This document shows, in pieces, positions 8,574 to 18,507 of a stretch of DNA of 64,000 bases. The position numbers were made by a program, and so were the translations under genes. Origin of the DNA: Oceanospirillaceae bacterium (lineage in GTDB: Bacteria > Pseudomonadota > Gammaproteobacteria > Pseudomonadales > Oceanobacteraceae); the NCBI GenBank assembly GCA_002724925.1, contig PBQA01000003.1:14487-78486 (forward strand), written 5' to 3'. Under the pieces are notes generated by a model. It saw only the letters and a list, made by a program, of their open reading frames with translations, was not told the DNA's origin and did not search any database. Position 1 is the first letter of the stretch; each line of letters starts with the position of its first letter.

Positions 8574-10490
8574 TCAAAGGTGAATAGTCATAGCCTTGTT
8601 TGCACTGAAGTTTGCTAGAGAGGGAAAGCATTCCCTATTGAGAAGGTATACCCTCAACTCAGATTGGGATCGTTGCCCTTCAACTGACATCCTGACAATG
8701 TTTTGGCCATTCGAGCCTCGCTGATGAATGTCAAGTGATTCCAGTTCTTTCTGGAGTAAGGTATAGACTTTCTTGTCCTCTGCCCTTTTCTCGTATAAGC
8801 GTTTCTTCAGCGAATTTTTGTCCAGGTACAGGTTGAAAATCGCCGGTGTTACCAAAGCAACGTGGTTTTCTAGAATATGTACCGGAGCCTTTGATTCATT
8901 CACTCGAATGTTCCGGCGCGAGATGCCCTTCAACAACCAGGCAACGAAGTCGTTTTGCACAAGAAGGTCTTCTTGCACTCTTCTGGAATGCTTCCACAAG
9001 TTCTTAGCTTCATTGGAGCTAACGCCGGTACTGGCATGGACAGAGCTTTGAGCATCTTCCCGGATCTGTACTTGTGTTTGCTTAGCAGTAAGGTTTGACA
9101 GAGACTTCGTTGTTGGCAATTTGACTTCAGGCTGTCTCTGCTTGACTTGTAAAACTTCGTGTTCGGCCTTAGCTTCAGGCAATTCCTTTGGGGGCTGTAT
9201 AAGCGGCTTATCATCATCAATCTTTTGATTTAGTACCTCCGCGTTCTTATCCACGACAGGCTGCTGTGTTTGAGTGGCGTTTTCAGATTCCTCCGGATCA
9301 CTTTCAATAACATTCCCAGCCTTATCGACCGGTAGCACTTCACCATCAAAGGTATCAGGGTTACTTGTTGGCCAGATGATTTCGTTCTTAAATCTCAAGA
9401 AAGTTAGTTTCTGTTGCCAGTTCTTAGCAAAGTCGTTTATCTCTGCGGTCCAGACACTATCCCCTTCTGAGTTCGGTATCAGTAAATCATGCTCCCTCAA
9501 CACTTCAAATAAGCGCACAATGTTTTTGGGGATACCTTTGTGGCCTTCGTTTAGTAACTGGACTCTAACCGCCTCCATTGTTGCTTTTGATACCACCCAT
9601 GTATCAGTTTCAGTTACCCATATGGCTGCACCTGGCTTATTGCGTTTGAGATCTCCGTCATTGATTAGCTTCCTTAGAGAAACTATCAACTTTTCATGTA
9701 GGGGGATGGAACTCGAATGATCCGTTCTTATGCCAGTATCAGCTCCAAGATTTTTAGCTACGCTTGCACTATCAGCAGTTCTTACGATTTCTGCGATAGC
9801 CTGTCCACCAAAGGTTGAGTGGGTCACTGTGCTAAAGAGTTGAGCAAGCAGCTCTGTATCTTCAAAAACCCACTGAGCAGCTTTCCTGGTCAGCAGCCTT
9901 GGCAAAAGAGACATTGCAGCTTTTTCATGAAGCGATTTCGCTATCTTGGCGTTACTAGCTCGCTTCTTGTATCGGTAACTGTACTCAGCTTCAACAGGAA
10001 TGTTTCCATACCAGGGATGCCAATGTTCGAATTCCCCTCCCCTTTCCCTGTAAACAACCTCGATATCGGTTACGATCTTGCCTATATCATGCGCGAGAAT
10101 CGCAATGAAAGCTCCAAACCTCCAGCGATCAGATGCTGAAGCAATATGTTCTGGTTCTGAATTTGGAGGTAAGACATATCCTTGAGCAATTCTAATGCCC
10201 GCATGGAGCGCTTCGAGAGTGTGGTCAATCAACCCTCCAGCTTTTGAATGATGGTGGATTTCAGAAGCGGGAACCTCCTGAACTAACTCAGCGAATTGTT
10301 CTATCGCATAGAGGTAGTGATTAGCCCATACCTCTTCAGTAATGCTGAAGAGTCGTTTGATTTTTCTTATCAGGGCTTGCCGCTCAGAAGTATTCAAAAG
10401 GTCCTTCCCGGATCTCGCAATCGAATACTTGGGTAATGACTGAACAACTTCGTTTTGATCCGGTTTACGTCTAAAAAATGTAGTTAACAT
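8574..10490 (-). CDS. traI: MOBH (TraI_2, HD-domain) conjugative relaxase
   Basis: PASEIHHHSKAGGLIDHTLE and AHDIGK motifs; C-terminal TraI_2_C-like domain. Confidence 0.95.
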   Translation of the reverse strand: MLTTFFRRKPDQNEVVQSLPKYSIARSGKDLLNTSERQALIRKIKRLFSITEEVWANHYLYAIEQFAELVQEVPASEIHHHSKAGGLIDHTLEALHAGIRIAQGYVLPPNSEPEHIASASDRWRFGAFIAILAHDIGKIVTDIEVVYRERGGEFEHWHPWYGNIPVEAEYSYRYKKRASNAKIAKSLHEKAAMSLLPRLLTRKAAQWVFEDTELLAQLFSTVTHSTFGGQAIAEIVRTADSASVAKNLGADTGIRTDHSSSIPLHEKLIVSLRKLINDGDLKRNKPGAAIWVTETDTWVVSKATMEAVRVQLLNEGHKGIPKNIVRLFEVLREHDLLIPNSEGDSVWTAEINDFAKNWQQKLTFLRFKNEIIWPTSNPDTFDGEVLPVDKAGNVIESDPEESENATQTQQPVVDKNAEVLNQKIDDDKPLIQPPKELPEAKAEHEVLQVKQRQPEVKLPTTKSLSNLTAKQTQVQIREDAQSSVHASTGVSSNEAKNLWKHSRRVQEDLLVQNDFVAWLLKGISRRNIRVNESKAPVHILENHVALVTPAIFNLYLDKNSLKKRLYEKRAEDKKVYTLLQKELESLDIHQRGSNGQNIVRMSVEGQRSQSELRVYLLNRECFPSLANFSANKAMTIHL

Positions 10491-10547
10491 GGGTATACCT
10501 CCGCAACGATAGAATGCCTTAGTCTAAAACCGTAAAGGAGGGAAAAA

Positions 10548-10567
10548 GGGTCAGTGGAGCCTGACCT
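10548..10567. promoter_or_regulatory. Palindromic operator GGGTCA-N8-TGACCT upstream of the relaxase
   Basis: Same motif, spacing and A-rich flanks as 20480-20499 and 27005-27024. Confidence 0.6.
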
Positions 10568-10652
10568 AAAAAGCATCGTAGCGGTAGGTCTTGTGTAGGA
10601 AAATCTGGAGAATCGGAAACTTTAAACTTCATACTATGGTAAACGGCTGGAT

Positions 10653-11009
10653 ATGACACAAGACAAAACAAAGCTGACCGCATTCACTCTCAAGCTGAGT
10701 GACGATGATAGACAGACGATGAAGCTCGTTTGTGCCGTAGACAGTGCTTTCAAGTATCAATATCAAATGTTCGATGCCGCTGTGTATTGGGCGATGGAAA
10801 ACAAAGAAAAGTTAGTCGCTATAGCAAATCCAAAAGATGGTGATAACCGCTCTTACTACGTCAGTAATACTGCTGATCAGATTAAAGCTTTGGAAGAACA
10901 GTGGAATTGCAACACCACGAGGGCTCTCTATACAGCGGTGGTGACGTATCTGAAGTTTCGCGAGGCTGGCTTAAGGGTAGATGACAAAATAGTTTCTACG
11001 GCCTCTTAA
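10653..11009 (+). CDS. Small protein divergent from the relaxase, possible RHH relaxosome accessory factor
   Basis: 118-aa ORF; N-terminal AFTLKLSDDDR followed by helices suggests RHH; position. Confidence 0.55.
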   Translation: MTQDKTKLTAFTLKLSDDDRQTMKLVCAVDSAFKYQYQMFDAAVYWAMENKEKLVAIANPKDGDNRSYYVSNTADQIKALEEQWNCNTTRALYTAVVTYLKFREAGLRVDDKIVSTAS

Positions 11010-11059
11010 TGAGTTCCTGATGATTCAGCCTTTACGTCTGTGTGAAGGCTTTCTTTCCT

Positions 11060-11890
11060 TCTTAATAATATAAATATTATCTTTGCTCCTTTCATATTTT
11101 GGACCGTAGGTCGGATTAACTATAATAAATACGAAGTATTTATTATCTGATTAAAAAGAATAAATAACGGATTAATGACAGTTTAAAAACGGTAGGCCAA
11201 CGGTAGGGTTTCTCGATAATCGCCCTGTAACCCTTGATATTACTAGTCCCCTTCATTTTTACGCTATGCCAAACCTTGGTGCTTTACTATGTCAAACCTT
11301 GCTACTGTTCTATGCGAAACCTAAGTGGTATTCACCGCCAAACCTTGGTATTATTCTACGTCAAACCCTACCCGTCCGTTTTTATACAGCCCCGTCCACA
11401 CGATATGCACAGCATATCAACACCTTAATCACATGTTTATGCACATGTGGCTGTTCATAATCCCCTTTCCCTAGCGTAAACCTTAGTATTTGTAGTTCGA
11501 TTTTTGACCAGATATGCCCTTTCTATGCCAAACCTTGGTATTGCTCTATCTCAAACCTTAGTAAGGTTTGGCATAGAGTTGGGCTTGTATTGTTGCTTGT
11601 CCTAGCTAAGTGTTTGTAAAAATTGACTAATTACAAATGAAATTTGTACAAAAACATAGAAATTTACCTTATTTGGGAGTTTTTTATGCTCTGCCCTACT
11701 CTATCCCAAACCTTTGCTTCCATCGCTTTTTATGAATTTGATGCCCAACTCTATCTAAAACCTAAGTAAAAAATGCTGTTCCAGCGTGATTTTTGGACTT
11801 TGGGAGGCGTTTTTGGTGAGGTTTGGGGTAGAGAAAGGCCGGTAGTCAGCTAGATCCCGGCAAAAACTGAGGTTTGACGTAGAGAAAGGA
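11060..11890. other. Plasmid replication origin (AT-rich region plus iterons)
   Basis: AT-rich stretch ~11060-11190, then about 13 degenerate CTAYGYCAAACCT copies, immediately downstream of rep. Confidence 0.85.
11264..11370 (+). repeat. Five iterons with exact 23-bp period
   Basis: AAACC cores start at 11271, 11294, 11317, 11340 and 11363. Confidence 0.9.
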
Positions 11891-11892
11891 TT

Positions 11893-12966
11893 TTAAAAGT
11901 CGATTTCGTCTTTGATTTCTTGGATGCCTGAGACTGAATGCTCTTCAGGCTTCGGATCGTTACCCAGCAGCGCGTTCGCAACCTTGTTGTTGGCAGCTAC
12001 CTGCTTTGCAAAGGTATTGGATGCATATAGTTCGAACCGCCAATCAACTATTTTTTTGCCTTCTTTTTTAGGGATCATTTCGTAACGTTCGAGCACATCC
12101 TCGTTAACCAGGTCATCCATAACGTCTTTAAAAAGTGCCTTGTCCTGGTAGGTATTCTGATATGGGTCCTTCATTGCGCTGATCAGTGTACTGAGCAAGA
12201 TCGTATAAGGCTTACCTGGAGATGCCTGAACCCAGCGGTGACACAACCTTTTGTAGGTTAGTCTGGTGTAGTGGCGTTTAAATTCCAGTGCTTTTGCGTA
12301 GTTGTACCGTCTGAAGTTCAAAGTAAGGATCACATCAGTGACCATTGGATGGAAGCAGACGAAGGAACGTGTTTCCTTTTTATTGCCTCTGTCCGCTATG
12401 GCCATGATTGGGAAAAATGGCGCTGATAGGTCTATTGAGTTGTCCATACTTTGTATCGAAAGTATGGAACGATTCATTATATGGAGAGCTTCTCGGATCT
12501 CAGAATACGAATATGACTTCCCTACCCTTTTGAGCTCTTCATAAATTTCATAAAGCGTGAAGGCAATCCCGACAAACTTTGTGCCAGCGTTTGTACCTGT
12601 TGTTGCTTCATAGGCTTCAGCTCTTCGTTCGGTAGCAAGCTTGCGTAGTACGTCTTCTATGATCTCTTCCCTTGCGCCTGGAAAAACAAAGACCCTTTGC
12701 TTTGTGCCACCTTTTACACGCTCAATATTTGCCGCAGTGACAGAGATCCGAAGTTCCATGTCTTTGTAGTTGGTTATGCGGGTGAATTCTGTTTCTTCTG
12801 CCGAAGCTGAACTCAGGTATTTATTGTGCTTGTCGTATAAGAATTTACCGGCGAGATCGTAGATTTCGAGAGTATTGCTGTAGTTCTTGTCCAGTAGTGG
12901 GTCAAGCTCGAAAAGATCAAGGTTAAGTTGCTGCGACTTAATCGGCTCCAAATCATTTTTATTCAT
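11893..12966 (-). CDS. repA: Plasmid replication initiator protein
   Basis: YSNTLEIYD N-terminal motif and P(G)AREEIIEDVLRKLA, typical of this Rep family; sits between iterons and parAB. Confidence 0.85.
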   Translation of the reverse strand: MNKNDLEPIKSQQLNLDLFELDPLLDKNYSNTLEIYDLAGKFLYDKHNKYLSSASAEETEFTRITNYKDMELRISVTAANIERVKGGTKQRVFVFPGAREEIIEDVLRKLATERRAEAYEATTGTNAGTKFVGIAFTLYEIYEELKRVGKSYSYSEIREALHIMNRSILSIQSMDNSIDLSAPFFPIMAIADRGNKKETRSFVCFHPMVTDVILTLNFRRYNYAKALEFKRHYTRLTYKRLCHRWVQASPGKPYTILLSTLISAMKDPYQNTYQDKALFKDVMDDLVNEDVLERYEMIPKKEGKKIVDWRFELYASNTFAKQVAANNKVANALLGNDPKPEEHSVSGIQEIKDEIDF

Positions 12967-13162
12967 ATTTTTTATTCCTACCGCAACAAAAGCTTCTTAC
13001 CCAAGATCACATTAGAGCACCAAATACGGCTTATATTAACAGATTGCCCTTAAAAATTAGCATATTCACCAAATAGTGCTTTTTTTTAGTAAAGCGTGAA
13101 TATAGAATCGGATTATCCACGATACGTGAAAAAAGTCAATTTGAACAGCAAAGGATACCGAA

Positions 13163-14551
13163 ATGACCGATAACGACACCCAAAAAAGCTACCTGCTGGC
13201 TTCACTTAAAAAGATCAGCACAGTGGTCAAGCGCGGCGAGACCATCATGAAAGAGATTCCTGGCCTGGTCCGCAAGACACAAAAATCCAAGCATGATCCG
13301 GAGTGGCTGGAGGTCGCTCAGGTAGATGAACGTATTCAGAAACGTCGTTACGGTACAACTCAGGCTGCTGAGCTTGCAGGTATCAGCCACTCTCTCCTTT
13401 ACGCGGCAGAACAAGATGGGCGGCTACCAGAACCAGAGTATCGCTTAGATACGGCTAAGAAGGTTCGTTCTGGATACACCATGAATCATATCAATCATAT
13501 TCGCCAGGTGTTCAATACGGCTCCTCGAAAACCTGAAGGTGCGTCGGCTGCTGTGGTCGGCATCCTCAACCTGAAAGGTGGAAGTCAGAAGACAACTACC
13601 TGTCACTTGTTTTCTCAGTACCTTGCTATGAAGGGTTATCGCGTTCTCTTACTTGATACTGATCCCCAAGGGTCATTGAGTTTCTTCTTTGGGAAGAGAC
13701 CCGACGATAACGTTCATTATGAAAACACCATCGCACCGTTCTTTCTGGAAGATGACGAAGCGTTGGTAGAGGCCGGACATCCAGAAGGCGCATCTCGGTC
13801 TTTGCATTATGCGATTCAGAAAACCTACTGGGACAACATCGACATTATTCCGAGTTGTTTGCAGAACCTTAATATTGACTTGATGATGCCGAAGGTTATG
13901 GATGATGCGAACGTCCCTTTCATCGACCGAATTATGAAATTGCGTAGTGGGTTGGTTGAGGTAGGAAAGGATTACGACTTCATTGTTATTGATGGGACCC
14001 CTTCTTTAAACATCAGCACGCTTAACGTGGTATCTGCGTGTGACATGGTTTTTGTGCCAACCCCAGCGGCCATGTTGGACTTTGCATCAACGCTTCAATT
14101 CGCAGGCTTGGTGGCTGAAACCATCGAGACATATGACGAAGGCGGAATCTATCCAAATGTCCCTGATATGCGTTTCTTTATTACAAAGTATTCCGGCAGT
14201 AGTTATGCACAGTTCATGGGCCAGATTATTCGCCGTGTGTTTTCTGTCGAAAGAGGGGATGTTCTATCTAATGAAGCACATGCTTCTGACGAAATTGGGA
14301 AGGCTACAAACTCCACTTACTCAGTATATGAACAGAATCCCGCCGAGTCAGACAATCGTAAGCGTCTGAAATCTACCTGCGACATGTTCGACAAGTTGTT
14401 TGAAGAAATGCACGATGCGGTTTGGGAGACGTGCTACGAGGAAGTCTTGAGAACTTCACACTTAGATAAAATTGATCAAATCATGGCAAATGCAGATGCA
14501 GTCAAAGCAGATCTGGAGGAAGCAAAGGCTAAAGCAGGGGAGGGTATGTAA
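13163..14551 (+). CDS. parA: Type Ia ParA/SopA ATPase with N-terminal HTH
   Basis: Deviant Walker A NLKGGSQKTT, DTDPQGS, YDFIVIDGTP; N-terminal HTH GTTQAAELAGIS. Confidence 0.95.
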   Translation: MTDNDTQKSYLLASLKKISTVVKRGETIMKEIPGLVRKTQKSKHDPEWLEVAQVDERIQKRRYGTTQAAELAGISHSLLYAAEQDGRLPEPEYRLDTAKKVRSGYTMNHINHIRQVFNTAPRKPEGASAAVVGILNLKGGSQKTTTCHLFSQYLAMKGYRVLLLDTDPQGSLSFFFGKRPDDNVHYENTIAPFFLEDDEALVEAGHPEGASRSLHYAIQKTYWDNIDIIPSCLQNLNIDLMMPKVMDDANVPFIDRIMKLRSGLVEVGKDYDFIVIDGTPSLNISTLNVVSACDMVFVPTPAAMLDFASTLQFAGLVAETIETYDEGGIYPNVPDMRFFITKYSGSSYAQFMGQIIRRVFSVERGDVLSNEAHASDEIGKATNSTYSVYEQNPAESDNRKRLKSTCDMFDKLFEEMHDAVWETCYEEVLRTSHLDKIDQIMANADAVKADLEEAKAKAGEGM

Positions 14552-14553
14552 TT

Positions 14554-15687
14554 ATGGCAAACGACAAGTATGGCAACATTGATGAGCTGCTTTCTGGAGC
14601 AGGAACTGAGGAAGCAGAGGGTAACACTCCGCGCCGAAGCAGGAGACCTTCTCCGGCATTGGGAGTGATGACTGGTGATAAGCGCCCAACAAGCGTTACC
14701 GATGGCTTGAAAGCCGATAAGCAGAAAGCGGAAAAAGCACTCGAAGAGGCCCAGCAGAAATTTGAAATGGAGAAGGCTGATCTTCTTCGAGCATTAGAAG
14801 AAGCAAAAAACTCTGGGTCTGAAGGTGCTCCCATTGTGCTCACTATGCCTGTAACTAAGCAGGAAGTGACATTCGAGCTTCGACGTGTTGATACGTCTCT
14901 AATTGATGTTTCTCCTGAGAATGAGCGTATTCAAGAATTCCTGGATGAAATATCTCTCCAGGACATACTGCCATCCATTAAGAAACACGGGCAGCAAAAG
15001 CCTGGTACATTGCGCCCGACAAAAGATGGCCGGTTTGAGTTGATTGAAGGTTCTCGACGTTTAGCATCGGTCAAGCTGGCAAAGCAGGAATACTTGGCAC
15101 TTATTGGTGATGTGCCAGATGCAGATGTGCGAGAACTCGGCATCATCGAAAATAAGCACCAAGATGTAAGTCCATATGAAAAAGCCAAGGCCTATCAGAA
15201 GCAGATTGAGCGTGGAGAGTATGAAAATTGGACCCAGTTGGGTGCGTCCAAAGGAATTAGCTCTTCGCACATATCACGTTATCGTGCTTGCGTTGAGCTG
15301 GATGAAGTTTTTGTTCGTATCCTTCCATCGCCATCCGATATGCCACTCTCTTATGGTGAAACGATTGCGCAGTTGAAGAAGAAAGGTGAGCGCGCTCTGA
15401 TTGGCAAAGCCCAAGAATTGCTTGATATGAGAAAAGCTGCCCTTAGTGAAAAGACAGAGCTTCCTGATGTAGAGGAGGTGATCAAAATTCTCAAGAGTGC
15501 TGTGAGAACTAAAGTGGAAGAGCCAAAGGCGTGGAAGCCAGTTGTATACAAATCAAAAGATGGCAAAACTCTGAAGCATTCCGTCACGAATAAGGGCGCT
15601 ACTAAGTTTGAAATAACTGGTGTGGACGACTCTCAGCTTGAGAAGATTCTGTCCTTCTTGACCACAACTCTTAAGGTTGATGCATAA
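14554..15687 (+). CDS. parB: ParB/SopB partition protein
   Basis: SIKKHGQQKPG, LIEGSRRLAS (GxxR CTPase motif), IIENKHQDVSPYE, HTH. Confidence 0.93.
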   Translation: MANDKYGNIDELLSGAGTEEAEGNTPRRSRRPSPALGVMTGDKRPTSVTDGLKADKQKAEKALEEAQQKFEMEKADLLRALEEAKNSGSEGAPIVLTMPVTKQEVTFELRRVDTSLIDVSPENERIQEFLDEISLQDILPSIKKHGQQKPGTLRPTKDGRFELIEGSRRLASVKLAKQEYLALIGDVPDADVRELGIIENKHQDVSPYEKAKAYQKQIERGEYENWTQLGASKGISSSHISRYRACVELDEVFVRILPSPSDMPLSYGETIAQLKKKGERALIGKAQELLDMRKAALSEKTELPDVEEVIKILKSAVRTKVEEPKAWKPVVYKSKDGKTLKHSVTNKGATKFEITGVDDSQLEKILSFLTTTLKVDA

Positions 15688-15700
15688 CCGAGAACGGTAG

Positions 15701-15752
15701 ATTCCCGTGGCGGGAACTTGGATCGATAGGGGTGCATTCCCGTGGCGGGAAT
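15701..15752. repeat. Two copies of ATTCCCGTGGCGGGAA, candidate parS
   Basis: Palindrome TTCCCG-N3-CGGGAA; copies start at 15701 and 15736 (35-bp period), just after parB. Confidence 0.65.
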
Positions 15753-15878
15753 AGCGCCCTTTTTTTTGCTTAAGTCATTGATAATAAAGGGTTTTGTCGG
15801 GTTTTGAGCCAATAAAAACTTTAAAAAATTTAAGTGCTTAGGTGATGTTTTGACTTAAATATTTTAAAGGTCAGCGAA

Positions 15879-16430
15879 CTAGATGTGATCCTCAGCTTTG
15901 AATCCAAGGCATCGGGAAATGTGGTCCAAGTCATCTAAGCCGTAGAAATCTAAGGTCAGTGAACCTGAACGTTTTGCCTGATTAAAGCGAATCTTTATCT
16001 GTCGCCCGAGCACCTCTCCCATGATTAGTTCGTATCGTTTAATGTCAGCATCACGGCCTTCGTCCTTACCTTGTGCTAGTGACTCAAACTTGTGGACAGG
16101 TATTCTCTTGGTCAGCAAGTTCCTCAACAGGTCTTCTCTTTTGCTTGCAGGGAGCTTGGCGATAGCACGAACATGGCCCAATGTTATCCGGGTAGGGTTC
16201 TTGTGCCATAGATTTAATTCCGACTCGGACAGAGATGCCCCCGCTCTTTTGAGGTGGGTAACTGTATATACCTTCTCTATACCTAGTGACCGTCTTATCG
16301 ACTTATTGGAATAGCCTTCCTGGCTAAGTATCGCGACGACGTATGCCTTCTCTGCATCCGTGAGATCGCTTTTACCTTTGTAGTACTCAATAGCTTCATC
16401 CGCGTCGATTAGGTAGGGAAGATTGTTCAT
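15879..16430 (-). CDS. ParB/KorB-like HTH protein lacking the N-terminal CTPase domain
   Basis: ITLGHVRAIAKL and C-terminal SGSLTLDFYGLDDLDHI match the Spo0J HTH and dimerisation domains; no GxxRxxA motif. Confidence 0.75.
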   Translation of the reverse strand: MNNLPYLIDADEAIEYYKGKSDLTDAEKAYVVAILSQEGYSNKSIRRSLGIEKVYTVTHLKRAGASLSESELNLWHKNPTRITLGHVRAIAKLPASKREDLLRNLLTKRIPVHKFESLAQGKDEGRDADIKRYELIMGEVLGRQIKIRFNQAKRSGSLTLDFYGLDDLDHISRCLGFKAEDHI

Positions 16431-16444
16431 TGGATTACCTCTAT

Positions 16445-16552
16445 TTAGTCATGTGACTAAAATACCATAGATTACCTCTTATGCTTAGTCATGTGACTAA
16501 ATCATATTGGCTCTTTAGTCTTCTTGCTGTTTCAATTTAGTCATGTGACTAA
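16445..16552. promoter_or_regulatory. Three copies of palindrome TTAGTCATGTGACTAA
   Basis: Exact copies at 16445-16460, 16485-16500 and 16537-16552, between divergent genes. Confidence 0.85.
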
Positions 16553-16740
16553 TTAGTGAGGTGCCAGAGCCATGTTTCAACAGTAAGAGGGTGCGGGTTC
16601 TGCTGCACTCCCCCTTCTCATGGGCAATATTAATTGCACAAATAAATAAAAACACACTATTTAGGGCAATATTTATTGACTTAAAACTTGGATAAAAACA
16701 GAATGTGCAATAATTATTGAACATTGGGGTTTGGTTAAAG

Positions 16741-17889
16741 ATGAGTGCTACATCTAAGCTCGCTTCGATACTGAGCAGCGAGCAGGGACAGATAAGTTGC
16801 TTTGAGATTGAGGTTTTCTACCTCAATCAGCGCCGTTCCAAGAATCCAATGTATGACGAAATCAAGGAGTCCATCCAGAGCAAGGGCATTCAAGACCCTC
16901 TTCACATCGTATTCCACCCCGTACAGAAAAAGTGGGTTTTGTCCCAGGGGGGACAAACTAGGCTTTTAATCAGCCGGGAGCTTTATGACGAAACCAAGGC
17001 TGAGAGCTTTCTTTACCCCCCTGTCTCAAAGCAGAAATTTACGTCCGATCTTGATTTGTGCATCAGTCATCTCGTAGAGAACAACCTTCGTGGTGACAAT
17101 ACCTTTTTGGAGACAGCAAATGCTGTGCTCAACATCAGGAATCTCTTAGCTGAAGGTTCCGAGCCAACTCAAGAGCTCTTGGCAAAGGAGATGTCCAGCA
17201 GAGGGATGCCAATCCGTCGGCAATCTATTACGTCGATGATGTACCTGGCTGAAGAGTTGGCACCATACATTACGAATCAAGCATTTCTGGATTGTGTAAG
17301 TAGGAAGGTGGTTGACGCCATCAGAACGTTACGAAATGACCTAGCGGAGGAGATGCCAAGCGAAAAGTTCGATTCCGCACTGGTTGAGTACGTTAACTCT
17401 CAACCCGGCAATTTGTCATTGAAGCAAATCCGAGAGCACTTTCTGAAGAAAGTGGTTTCCCCAACTACTCCAGGTTCTCGGTCAAATAAAGCAATAGCTA
17501 AAAGTGTTTCTGATGCGTTTGGTCTTTCTCATGTAGTGTCAGGATCAGAAGAGCTTCCTTCCGGTTTTATTGTAAGTCTCCCTCAGCATGTTGGTAGCCC
17601 TCTCCAGGCCGAAGTTTGCTTTTTCCTGGCGAGTCTCTCTGGGGTCTTCGATAGCAGTGTATCCCCCGAGATATTAGCGGCTATGGGGCTGAAGGATATT
17701 GGTTCTGATCCAGCAGACCTTGCCTCTTGCGTAAGAGAGCATCTCAATCTGACAAATACAGATTTGTCATCTCTTCCTTCCCGCGTCTTCTGCCATGCCA
17801 GTGAGGAAGGATTCGAGTCGTTGATTCGGCTGATCGCCGGAATCAGGACCAGTTTTAACAGTAATAATCAATCTATGGAGAATCAGTGA
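16741..17889 (+). CDS. PFGI-1-class ParB-family protein (ICEclc BisD-like)
   Basis: NPMYDEIKESIQSKGIQDPL, GGQTRL, SHLVENNLRGD; position before DUF2857. Start could be 16717 or 16741. Confidence 0.8.
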   Translation: MSATSKLASILSSEQGQISCFEIEVFYLNQRRSKNPMYDEIKESIQSKGIQDPLHIVFHPVQKKWVLSQGGQTRLLISRELYDETKAESFLYPPVSKQKFTSDLDLCISHLVENNLRGDNTFLETANAVLNIRNLLAEGSEPTQELLAKEMSSRGMPIRRQSITSMMYLAEELAPYITNQAFLDCVSRKVVDAIRTLRNDLAEEMPSEKFDSALVEYVNSQPGNLSLKQIREHFLKKVVSPTTPGSRSNKAIAKSVSDAFGLSHVVSGSEELPSGFIVSLPQHVGSPLQAEVCFFLASLSGVFDSSVSPEILAAMGLKDIGSDPADLASCVREHLNLTNTDLSSLPSRVFCHASEEGFESLIRLIAGIRTSFNSNNQSMENQ

Positions 17890-18497
17890 TGGCGTTGAGC
17901 ACTAAGCTAAAGGACGAGTCATCCAGGTTCATTTCTTCCCTATTGTTGAGTGCATTAGAAGGCTGCCAGCAGGGGGATATGGAACTGGTAGAACGGCTCG
18001 GCCTGTCAATTGAGACAATGCAAAAATTAGACAGATTACGAGCCGATCAGATATTCAATATATCCGGCAACTATGTGCGTGACCTGAGTGCCTTGGAAGT
18101 ATTCCAGATCGACTCAAGAAAAATATCGCGGATTATCGAATTGGCAGCGGAAGAAACCCGGCAGTACGAGATGATCGATGAGTATTTACGTCGAGGAGCC
18201 TGCAAGACGATGATGGCTGAGTTATTCGGAATGCGTTCGACACAGGTTGCCAGCCGGAAGAAGTTTTTAAATTTACCAACGGTAAAGGGACGCCTCCCAG
18301 TGTCTACCTTGGAAGAGCAACGTCAGATCTATGATGCTTGGCTGGATTCAATAAAAATTGCCAACTACCGCGAGCGACTGCTTTGTGTAGCCAGGGCAAC
18401 AAACCTGTCCATGTCAAAGATCTATCGTGAAGTCCAGGAAATTGAGGAAATCACGAACAAATCCAGTCAATCAAAAAAAACCAAAATCTGCGCATAA
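17886..18497 (+). CDS. DUF2857-family ICE protein (BisC-like regulator)
   Basis: YLRRGACKTMMAELFGM...RKKFLNLPTVKGRLP. Confidence 0.8.
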   Translation: MMALSTKLKDESSRFISSLLLSALEGCQQGDMELVERLGLSIETMQKLDRLRADQIFNISGNYVRDLSALEVFQIDSRKISRIIELAAEETRQYEMIDEYLRRGACKTMMAELFGMRSTQVASRKKFLNLPTVKGRLPVSTLEEQRQIYDAWLDSIKIANYRERLLCVARATNLSMSKIYREVQEIEEITNKSSQSKKTKICA

Positions 18498-18507
18498 GGA
18501 GGCTTTC

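Noticed and set aside
11264-11370. Possible CRISPR array
   Set aside because: The 23-bp period leaves no spacers, the repeats are degenerate, no cas genes are present and rep is adjacent. These are iterons.
11234-11460. Two ~64-aa ORFs
   Set aside because: They are translations of the iteron array; no RBS or protein-like features.
16445-16552. Possible mini-CRISPR
   Set aside because: Repeats are only 16 bp with unequal 24- and 36-bp gaps and lie in a divergent promoter; an operator fits better.
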